32,000 nt of DNA from Mycobacterium tuberculosis H37Rv. GTDB lineage: Bacteria; Actinomycetota; Actinomycetes; Mycobacteriales; Mycobacteriaceae. Of the stretch, positions 22,357 through 32,000 are shown piece after piece. The notes beneath the pieces are model-generated. The model was not told where the DNA came from and ran no database searches. It saw only the letters and a program-made list of their open reading frames with translations. Position numbers and translations under genes: made by a program. The DNA is taken from the NCBI RefSeq assembly GCF_000195955.2, contig NC_000962.3, positions 810,001-842,000 on the forward strand, given 5' to 3'. The first letter of the stretch is position 1, and each line of letters begins with the position of its first letter.

Positions 22357-22852
22357 GGCTCTTCTGACCCTTCCGTGGGTGGAACCTTGGTCTGAGTAGG
22401 CGCACGTCGTTGTAGCTTAAGGTTGCTGGTTTGTCAAAGGTCCGAAACCAAGGGGAGCGAGCAACGACGTGCGCAATGCGAGGTTGTGGCGTGAACTGCT
22501 GGGTGTTGATAAGCGGACGGTGGCCTACGCCAGGTGTTTTCGGTCAAAGGCGAAGAAGGCAAGCAGGCACTGGATCGGTGGATCTCCTGGGCGCGGCGCT
22601 GCCGCATCCCCGTCTTCGTGGAGCTGGCCGGCGGCATCGTGCGACACCGCCAAGCCATCGACGCCGCCCTTGACCACGGCCTATGGCAAGGACTGATCGA
22701 ATCCACCAACACCAAGATCCGACTCCTAACCCGGATCGCGTTCGGATTCCGCTCCCCCGAAGCACTCATCGCCTTGGCCATGCTCGCCCTCGGCGGCCGC
22801 CGCCCCGCCCTACCGGGCAGAACCAAACACCCACGGATCAGTCAGTAGAGCC
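22357..22852 (+). mobile_element. Internally deleted ISL3-family (IS1557-like) insertion sequence
   Basis: Candidate termini GGCTCTTCTGACCCTTCC (22357-22374) and GGATCAGTCAGTAGAGCC (22835-22852) match as inverted repeats at 14/18; transposase N- and C-terminal fragments lie inside. Confidence 0.65.
22469..22848 (+). pseudogene. Transposase relic: N-terminus MRNARLWRELLGVDKRTV followed by a C-terminal ORF at 22534-22848 (Rv0741-like)
   Basis: GLIESTNTKIRLLTRIAFGFRSPEALIALAMLALGG is the ISL3/IS1557 transposase C-terminus; central DDE region missing. Confidence 0.8.
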
Positions 22853-22989
22853 GGAAAACCTGGGATTTCGCTGCCCGTTGGACGGTGCAATGCGCTTCTG
22901 TCCATGAGTCGCTGGAAGACCTGGGCATCTCGCCCGGGTTGTCCTGGCTTATTGGGCCATGACCTCTTGGGAGGTGTCACATATCGTTT

Positions 22990-23508
22990 GTGATCGCGGC
23001 GCCGGAGGCCATCGCGGCAGCGGCCACGGATTTGGCAAGCATCGGTTCGACGATCGGGGCGGCCAACGCCGCGGCCGCGGCCAACACGACGGCGGTGCTG
23101 GCCGCGGGCGCCGATCAGGTGTCGGTGGCCATCGCGGCGGCTTTTGGGGCGCACGGCCAGGCCTATCAGGCGCTCAGCGCGCAGGCGGCGACGTTTCATA
23201 TCCAGTTTGTGCAGGCCTTGACCGCGGGCGCGGGCTCGTATGCGGCCGCCGAGGCCGCCAGCGCCGCGTCCATAACCAGTCCGCTGCTCGACGCGATCAA
23301 CGCGCCCTTCCTGGCGGCGTTGGGGCGCCCGCTGATCGGTAACGGCGCCGACGGGGCGCCGGGGACCGGGGCCGCCGGCGGGGCCGGCGGATTGTTGTTC
23401 GGCAACGGCGGCGCGGGCGGGTCCGGCGCGCCCGGCGGGGCCGGCGGATTGTTGTTCGGCAACGGCGGCGCCGGCGGCCCCGGCGCGTCCGGCGGCGCGC
23501 TGGGCTGA
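22990..23508 (+). CDS. PE_PGRS8: PE-PGRS family protein (PE_PGRS8-like), short and likely frameshifted; PE start codon degenerate
   Basis: [51 protein letters not shown]...[16 protein letters not shown]; preceded by ATA TCG TTT. Confidence 0.88.
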   Translation: MIAAPEAIAAAATDLASIGSTIGAANAAAAANTTAVLAAGADQVSVAIAAAFGAHGQAYQALSAQAATFHIQFVQALTAGAGSYAAAEAASAASITSPLLDAINAPFLAALGRPLIGNGADGAPGTGAAGGAGGLLFGNGGAGGSGAPGGAGGLLFGNGGAGGPGASGGALG

Positions 23509-23615
23509 TCGGCAACGGCGGTAACGGCGGTAAGGGCGGGCTTGGGGTCCCGCCGGGTGTCGGTGGTACCGGCGGCGCCGGGGGGCTGCTGCTCGGCCTG
23601 GATGGGTTGACGTAG
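23505..23615 (+). pseudogene. Out-of-frame 3' end of PE_PGRS8
   Basis: Frame encodes [36 protein letters not shown], a typical PGRS C-terminus. Confidence 0.8.
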
Positions 23616-23885
23616 GCGGCGGCCCGCAGCCCGCCGGGCTCCACGTCATCTGGCGCTGCTGGCAGACCAACGCTCCCTACGAGCCCACGCGCCACCGAGC
23701 CCTCCAGGGCCCTGCTGGCCCAACATCAACGAACGGATACCTGGGACAGGACGACTGGAAGGCGGGCAGTTGACCCATGCCGAATACCGGTGGCAGCCTG
23801 CTGCACATCGCATCCACTTCCGGGCGACCAACACGTCGAGCAGCCGCGACATCCGCGGCATGCAATGCTGGCGGCGCGACAGGTG

Positions 23886-24443
23886 CTAGGAGGAGTGGTT
23901 GCCCGCACCGTAGTAGTTCAGCCAGGCCGCAATGCGTTGACCGATACGCGGGTCGGTTTCCTCCGGCAGCAGCAAAACCCGAGCCTGGATCACACCCACG
24001 TCGAGCAGGCCGCTTCGGATGAGGGCGGCCACGAAAGCTTTGTCCTTCTCGCGTCCGGCGGCAAGTTTCGCCACCGCGAGGTCGTGCGGTTCCAGAAAGC
24101 GTGGTTTCGCCGGGCGCGAGGATTCGACGGTCCAACTGACCAGCCGGTCCCGCCACCCGTTAGGCAGGATCGCGGTGTCGATATGTACGCCCTCGGCATA
24201 AACGCCATTGCTGCGGTGAAAATCGGACATCTCGCCGATTGCCACGTCGACATGATCCGCTTTGTCCCGCGCCGGGTCGTTGACAAACGCGATGTCGGCC
24301 TCCTGGGAGGCGGTGGCCTGCGGCGGTAGTTCGTTTTCATCAAATGACCCCAGGATCGACTGCGACCCGAGTACCAGCACGTCCACATCGCCCACAACAG
24401 CACAGGCGCGGCGGAGGAGATGTGCAAGTTGCTGACGCGTCAT
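23886..24443 (-). CDS. Nucleotidyltransferase-like protein (Rv0743c-like); candidate toxin of an HTH/NTase module
   Basis: VDVLVLGSQSILGSFDE...ASQEADIAF; HVDVAIG; FLEPHDLAVAKLAAGREKDKAFVAALIRSGLLD; ATGA overlap with the upstream gene. Confidence 0.75.
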   Translation of the reverse strand: MTRQQLAHLLRRACAVVGDVDVLVLGSQSILGSFDENELPPQATASQEADIAFVNDPARDKADHVDVAIGEMSDFHRSNGVYAEGVHIDTAILPNGWRDRLVSWTVESSRPAKPRFLEPHDLAVAKLAAGREKDKAFVAALIRSGLLDVGVIQARVLLLPEETDPRIGQRIAAWLNYYGAGNHSS

Positions 24444-24946
24444 TCCGTCATGGCCCGCTCGTGCTCGCGATCCCAGTGATCCTTGAACGACCGCAGCACC
24501 GCGACCCTCGTCGCCTCCGGCAGTATGCCCGCGAACGGGGAGTTCTGCCGCATCTCCCGAGCGTCCTCCGAAGGGCTGGTCAATACGTGCATGACCGCGT
24601 CGAGGCCGTCGTTAAGGACACGCTGCCACTTCGTGAAATACCACCCCGCCATGCCGTCCCGACGATGCATACCCGACCAGCGACGCAAGTTCTCTCGTGC
24701 GGCGGAGACGACCGTATCCGGTTCGGTCAACAGCGGGCTCAGCAGGGCGCGATGCAGCCACAGCGACCTTTCCTCCTCGCGGGTCAACCGGCGGCTCGTG
24801 ACGCGCTCGACTTCGCTACTGGGCACCCGCCGATGGCTGCCGACGTGCACGCACACCATCTCGCCGCGGTCACACATGTTGACGACATGCTGCCGCGATA
24901 CCCCGAGTATCTGCGCGGCCTCACTCGTCTTCAGCAGAGTCTCCAT
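24440..24946 (-). CDS. Excisionase/MerR-type HTH DNA-binding protein (Rv0744c-like)
   Basis: METLLKTSEAAQILGVSRQHVVNMCDRGEMVCVHVGSHRRVPSSEVERV; ATG 24946 chosen (ORF extends to 24979). Confidence 0.82.
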   Translation of the reverse strand: METLLKTSEAAQILGVSRQHVVNMCDRGEMVCVHVGSHRRVPSSEVERVTSRRLTREEERSLWLHRALLSPLLTEPDTVVSAARENLRRWSGMHRRDGMAGWYFTKWQRVLNDGLDAVMHVLTSPSEDAREMRQNSPFAGILPEATRVAVLRSFKDHWDREHERAMTE

Positions 24947-25059
24947 GTCCCAATGCTGGCTAGTAAACCCAAAAAACACAACATCGTTGCGGAGCGTGAT
25001 CGCACCGGCTGACGCTAGAGCGAGGGCCCCAGTTCCGCGGCCGACAGGTGGCAGTGAGC

Positions 25060-25206
25060 TAGCTGCCGCGCAGCGTCTCGATCACTGCGCTGAAGTCCAA
25101 GTCGGCGTGATCGGCGGCGAACTTGGCGTAGATCTGGGCGGCGTGGCTGCCCAGTGGGGCCGCCGCACCGGTCGAGGCCACCGCTTCCATCGCCAGGCCC
25201 AACATG
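25060..25206 (-). pseudogene. C-terminal relic resembling 3-hydroxyisobutyrate dehydrogenase, copy B
   Basis: Minus-strand reading MLGLAMEAVASTGAAAPLGSHAAQIYAKFAADHADLDFSAVIETLRGS*. Confidence 0.65.
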
Positions 25207-25207
25207 C

Positions 25208-25450
25208 CAGGTGCTGCCGACTACGGCGGTGATCCACACGGTCACGGCGGAAGCATTGGGCCGCATCGGTATTGATGCGCCGCGGATTCCTGGATCGTTG
25301 GACGTCGCCGCGCATGCGGCGATCGGGCTGCTGCCGTTGGTGGCCGGCTGCGACCGCCGACATCGGCGGCCTGTCCGCGGTGCTCGGGCCGGACGGGCTG
25401 CCCAAGTGTCTTTGTGTATGACGGCTATCCGGGTGGAGCCGGTTTCGTCG
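25208..25450 (+). pseudogene. Frameshifted C-terminal relic of a DEAD/DEAH helicase with DUF1998-type domain
   Basis: Three frames give TTAVIHTVTAEALGRIGIDAPRIPGSLDVAAHAAIGLLPLVAGCDRR, DIGGLSAVLGPDGLPK and [18 protein letters not shown]. Confidence 0.65.
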
Positions 25451-25700
25451 AACGCGGTTTGCACCGGCCCCGCGGCGCAGGTGGGTGACCAGTCACGCTC
25501 ACCGCAGCGCGATTACGCGCACCAGGCCTTGCAACCCGATGTGCCGCGGCGCCGCGCGCGGCGGCACAGACCCCGCCGGTGTTCGGCAAAAACGGGGTCG
25601 TCGTCTTCGACGATGCGGTGTACTTGTCATCAGAATCAGTGTCTATGGTCATCGGGGGTGTCGTGGGCGCTGGCCCGCTGACTCGGGTGGGAGGTGGCAC

Positions 25701-28052
25701 ATGTCGTTCGTGCTGGCGATGCCGGAGGTGTTGGGGTCGGCGGCAACGGATCTGGCCGCTCTGGGCTCGGTGCTGGGCGCGGCCGATGCGGCCGCGGCGG
25801 CTACGACGACGGGCATCGTGGCCGCGGCCCAGGATGAGGTGTCGGCGGCGATCGCGGCGTTGTTTTCCGCCCACGGCCGGGCCTATCAGGTGGCCAGTGC
25901 GCAGGCGGCGGCGGTTCACGCCCAGTTCGTGGAGGCGTTGAGCGCGGGTGCGGGGGCCTACGCCAGCGCGGAGGCCGCCGGCGCGGCGGTGCTGGCCAAC
26001 CCGGCGCAGAGCGTGCAGCAGGACCTGCTGGCCGCCGTCAATGCGCAAAGTGTCGCGCTCACGGGGCGCCCGTTGATCGGCAACGGCGCCAACGGGGCCC
26101 CGGGCACGGGGGCCAATGGTGCGCCGGGCGGGTGGTTGCTCGGTAATGGTGGGGCCGGCGGGTCCGCCGCCGCTGGCTCGGGCCTGCCCGGCGGGGCCGG
26201 CGGGGCCGCCGGGTTGTTCGGCACCGGCGGGGCTGGTGGGGCCGGCGGGAGTTCCACGGTAGGTGATGGCGAGGCCGGGGGTGCCGGTGGATCAGGTGGC
26301 TGGTTGTTGGGCACCGGTGGGGTCGGCGGGGTCGGCGGGCTCGGGGCCGGCGCCGGTGGGGCCGGCGGGGTTGGTGGGGCCGGCGGGCTGTTGGGTGCTG
26401 GCGGGCACGGCGGCGCCGGCGGGCTAGGCGCCGTCACCGGTGGGGTCGGGGGAACTGGCGGAGCCGGTGGGCTGCTGGCCGGGCTGCTGGCCGGGCCGGG
26501 CGGGGCCGGCGGGACCGGCGGACGTGGCTTTCTCAACAACGGTGGGGTCGGTGGGGCTGGCGGCAACGCCGGGCTGCTGTTCGGTGCCGGCGGCACCGGT
26601 GGATCCGGCGGAGCCGGCCTAGGTGGTGACGGTGGGGCCGGTGGGGCCGGCGGCAACACCGGTGTGCTGTTCGGCAACGCCGGATCCGGGGGGACCGGCG
26701 GGTTCGGCGATACCGACGGGGGAGCCGGCGGTGCCGGCGGTGACGCCGGCTGGTTGGGCTCCGGTGGGGTCGGCGGGGCCGGCGGGTTCGGCGAAACCGG
26801 TGACGGGGGTGTCGGCGGGGCCGGCGGCAAGGCCGGGTTGCTGATCGGTAACGGCGGGGCCGGCGGCGCCGGTGGGCAAGGCGCCGTGACCGGCGGTACC
26901 GGCGGGGCCGGCGGCGACGGGGTGCTGATCGGCAACGGCGGCAACGCCGGCATCGGCGGAACCGGACCGACCGCGGGTGATACCGGCGCGGGTGGGATCA
27001 GTGGGCTGCTGCTGGGCGCCGACGGCTTCAACACCCCGGCCAGCGCCTCTCCGCTGCACACCCTGAAACAACAGGCGCTGGCCGCGATCAACGCGCCGAC
27101 CCAGACACTGACCGGGCGACCGCTGATCGGCAACGGCACCCCCGGGGCGGTCGGCAGCGGGGCCACCGGGGCCCCCGGTGGGTGGCTGCTCGGCGACGGC
27201 GGGGCCGGCGGGTCCGGCGCGGCGGGCTCGGGCGCGCCCGGCGGGGCGGGCGGGGCTGCCGGGCTGTGGGGTACCGGCGGGGCCGGCGGGGCCGGAGGCA
27301 GCTCGGCGGGTGGCGGCGGGGCCGGTGGGGCCGGCGGGGCCGGCGGCTGGCTGCTCGGCGACGGCGGGGCCGGCGGGATCGGCGGAGCCAGCACCGTACT
27401 CGGCGGCACCGGCGGGGGAGGCGGGGTCGGTGGGCTGTGGGGCGCCGGTGGGGCCGGCGGGGCCGGTGGAACCGGCCTTGTTGGTGGCGACGGCGGGGCC
27501 GGTGGGGCCGGCGGGACCGGCGGACTGCTGGCCGGGCTGATCGGTGCCGGCGGAGGTCACGGCGGGACCGGCGGGCTCAGCACTAATGGCGACGGCGGGG
27601 TTGGCGGGGCCGGCGGGAATGCCGGAATGCTCGCCGGGCCGGGCGGCGCCGGCGGAGCCGGCGGTGACGGCGAAAACCTGGACACCGGTGGGGACGGCGG
27701 GGCCGGCGGTAGCGCAGGGCTGCTGTTCGGCAGCGGCGGCGCCGGCGGCGCCGGCGGATTTGGTTTCCTCGGTGGGGACGGCGGGGCCGGTGGCAACGCC
27801 GGGCTGCTGTTGTCCAGCGGCGGGGCCGGCGGGTTCGGCGGGTTCGGCACCGCCGGTGGGGTCGGTGGGGCCGGCGGCAATGCCGGCTGGCTGGGCTTCG
27901 GCGGGGCCGGTGGCGTCGGCGGCAGCGCCGGGCTGATCGGCACCGGCGGCAACGGCGGCAACGGCGGCACCGGCGCCAACGCCGGCAGCCCCGGAACCGG
28001 CGGCGCCGGCGGGTTGCTGCTGGGCCAAAACGGGCTCAACGGGTTGCCGTAG
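25701..28052 (+). CDS. PE_PGRS9: PE-PGRS family protein (PE_PGRS9-like)
   Basis: ATG 25701 [39 protein letters not shown]; GRPLIGNG; long GGAGG repeats; 783 aa. Confidence 0.95.
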   Translation: MSFVLAMPEVLGSAATDLAALGSVLGAADAAAAATTTGIVAAAQDEVSAAIAALFSAHGRAYQVASAQAAAVHAQFVEALSAGAGAYASAEAAGAAVLANPAQSVQQDLLAAVNAQSVALTGRPLIGNGANGAPGTGANGAPGGWLLGNGGAGGSAAAGSGLPGGAGGAAGLFGTGGAGGAGGSSTVGDGEAGGAGGSGGWLLGTGGVGGVGGLGAGAGGAGGVGGAGGLLGAGGHGGAGGLGAVTGGVGGTGGAGGLLAGLLAGPGGAGGTGGRGFLNNGGVGGAGGNAGLLFGAGGTGGSGGAGLGGDGGAGGAGGNTGVLFGNAGSGGTGGFGDTDGGAGGAGGDAGWLGSGGVGGAGGFGETGDGGVGGAGGKAGLLIGNGGAGGAGGQGAVTGGTGGAGGDGVLIGNGGNAGIGGTGPTAGDTGAGGISGLLLGADGFNTPASASPLHTLKQQALAAINAPTQTLTGRPLIGNGTPGAVGSGATGAPGGWLLGDGGAGGSGAAGSGAPGGAGGAAGLWGTGGAGGAGGSSAGGGGAGGAGGAGGWLLGDGGAGGIGGASTVLGGTGGGGGVGGLWGAGGAGGAGGTGLVGGDGGAGGAGGTGGLLAGLIGAGGGHGGTGGLSTNGDGGVGGAGGNAGMLAGPGGAGGAGGDGENLDTGGDGGAGGSAGLLFGSGGAGGAGGFGFLGGDGGAGGNAGLLLSSGGAGGFGGFGTAGGVGGAGGNAGWLGFGGAGGVGGSAGLIGTGGNGGNGGTGANAGSPGTGGAGGLLLGQNGLNGLP

Positions 28053-28450
28053 CCGGGCGGCACGGCATGGCTTCCGGGCGTCAACCACTCGCCGGTGATG
28101 CAGATCGGCTGCGGAGCGGGCCGCCAAAATGGGGGCCGCCGCGCCAGGTATCTCGGCGAAGATCCCCGGCGCTCGAGCGCTTTGTCAGAGGCCCGTCGCG
28201 GGTCGTCGTGACGACGGCTATCCGGGCGGTGCGGGTTTCGCGGCGCGCCCTGTGCCCGGCACCGCCGCCCGTTTGTCGGCAACGCCGCCGCGACCCGTGA
28301 GCCGTCCAGCAGCTGGCGCCTGCGAAACGTGTGGAAGCGCTGCATGCGGTGCCGGATCGCGATATCGTTGATTTCTGCAATTAATTCCTACCCGTACGGG
28401 TGTGTCGCTGGTAGTCGGGCACCAGGCCGTGAGGGGTTGGGAGGCATGCG

Positions 28451-30856
<2,406 letters not shown>

Positions 30857-30946
30857 CCGGCGGGCCTGCGACCGCGCGCGGCGTTGACAGCATCGCTTCG
30901 GCCGCTCGACCGCAGATGATGCTGTTGATGCGTTACCGTGTGCATC

Positions 30947-31204
30947 ATGCGCACCACGGTGTCAATCTCCGATGAAATACTCGCTGCCGCCAAACGCCGG
31001 GCCCGCGAGCGTGGTCAATCGCTGGGCGCTGTGATCGAGGACGCCCTTCGGCGGGAGTTCGCCGCCGCCCACGTCGGCGGCGCCCGCCCGACCGTCCCGG
31101 TTTTCGACGGCGGCACCGGTCCGCGGCGAGGCATCGACCTGACCTCGAATAGAGCGTTGTCCGAAGTGCTCGACGAGGGCCTGGAACTGAACTCCCGGAA
31201 GTAA
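30947..31204 (+). CDS. vapB31: Antitoxin VapB31 (ribbon-helix-helix)
   Basis: [39 protein letters not shown]; adjacent to a PIN-domain toxin; symbol by position and size. Confidence 0.9.
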   Translation: MRTTVSISDEILAAAKRRARERGQSLGAVIEDALRREFAAAHVGGARPTVPVFDGGTGPRRGIDLTSNRALSEVLDEGLELNSRK

Positions 31205-31227
31205 CCCCCAATAGGCGCAGAACGGCA

Positions 31228-31656
31228 ATGTTCCTTCTCGACGCCAACGTGCTGCTGGCTGCACACCGCGGTGACCACCCGAATCACCGAACCGTCCGCC
31301 CCTGGTTCGATCGACTGCTCGCGGCTGACGACCCCTTCACAGTGCCGAACCTGGTATGGGCGTCGTTCCTCCGGCTGGCAACGAATCGACGCATCTTCGA
31401 GATTCCGTCACCGCGAGCAGAGGCATTCGCATTCGTCGAAGCCGTCACCGCCCAGCCCCATCACCTTCCGACGAACCCCGGTCCCAGACACCTCATGCTG
31501 CTGCGAAAACTCTGCGACGAGGCCGACGCATCGGGCGACTTGATACCTGACGCGGTACTCGCGGCCATAGCAGTGGGGCATCACTGCGCCGTGGTGAGCC
31601 TGGACAGGGATTTCGCCCGGTTTGCCTCGGTGCGCCACATTCGCCCGCCGCTCTAG
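31228..31656 (+). CDS. vapC31: Toxin VapC31 (PIN-domain ribonuclease)
   Basis: [50 protein letters not shown]...[10 protein letters not shown]; 142 aa. Confidence 0.93.
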   Translation: MFLLDANVLLAAHRGDHPNHRTVRPWFDRLLAADDPFTVPNLVWASFLRLATNRRIFEIPSPRAEAFAFVEAVTAQPHHLPTNPGPRHLMLLRKLCDEADASGDLIPDAVLAAIAVGHHCAVVSLDRDFARFASVRHIRPPL

Positions 31657-31736
31657 CGAGCGGTCCTCAAGTACAGTCGGCGACCGGACAAACCGCTGCG
31701 CCAGACGATTCACCGTCCTCGCGTCAATTCGAGCAG

Positions 31737-31916
31737 CTACGGCCGAAAGCCAAGGGCCTTCTTGGTCGGGGTGAAAAAGTTCAGACGCAGCGACACCAGC
31801 TGCCACAGCTGGTTGAGCAACTCCAGTTCCTCGGTGCTGTCGTAGCGCCAGTGGAACGCGTGTTTGCGCACCACACGGTTGTTCTTTCGACTCCACGTGC
31901 GCCTGGTCGTTCGTCT
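31737..31916 (-). pseudogene. 3' relic of an integrase-type (DDE) transposase
   Basis: Minus-strand frame RRTTRRTWSRKNNRVVRKHAFHWRYDSTEELELLNQLWQLVSLRLNFFTPTKKALGFRP*. Confidence 0.7.
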
Positions 31917-31926
31917 GGTACACCAG

Positions 31927-32000
31927 GCTACCGGGCTATCGGATTCGGCCCCAAACCTCAGGAGCCGCCTCCGGATCCGGTGCCGTTTCCGCCCTACCAG
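31927..32000 (+). other. Partial second copy of the Rv0739-type hinge region, truncated by the window edge (Rv0749A-like)
   Basis: YRAIGFGPKPQEPPPDPVPFPPYQ versus SYQAVGFGPKPQEPPPDPVPFPPYQ at 21175-21251. Confidence 0.85.

Noticed and set aside
25154-25681. 175 aa ORF (Rv0745-like)
   Set aside because: Composition is Arg/Pro-rich and it runs across a frameshifted helicase relic; better explained as a chance ORF, so not listed as a CDS.
31408-31923. 171 aa minus-strand ORF opposite vapC31
   Set aside because: The frame is antisense to a clear PIN-domain gene; the meaningful minus-strand sequence is the shorter transposase relic in another frame.

Overview
This 32 kb window is high-GC actinobacterial DNA. 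Its content and gene order match the Mycobacterium tuberculosis complex segment I recall as roughly Rv0713 to Rv0749A (assignment from memory, no database search). From left to right: a membrane protein, then the rplN-rplX-rplE-rpsN1-rpsH-rplF-rplR-rpsE-rpmD-rplO ribosomal block, sppA, and three paralogous minus-strand SAM-methyltransferases flanking a fucA-serA2-xylB-acetyltransferase cluster. These are followed by secY-adk-mapA-sigL-rslA and a MarR regulator. The right part (about 19.7-32 kb) is a mosaic accessory region. It holds a candidate secreted-toxin-like pair (20855-22303), an HTH/nucleotidyltransferase pair with TA-like organisation (23886-24946), and vapBC31. It also holds an internally deleted ISL3-type IS, three PE_PGRS genes and many gene relics: a PE fragment, 3-hydroxyisobutyrate-dehydrogenase tails, a helicase tail and transposase tails. 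The most notable observations are the two possible toxin-like modules, a second partial copy of the toxin-like gene's hinge at the window edge, frameshifted Rv0725c and PE_PGRS8, an ATA codon at the conserved PE start, a MIRU-like duplicated leader before rpsH, a dispersed long-hairpin element, and a near-perfect SigL autoregulatory promoter.
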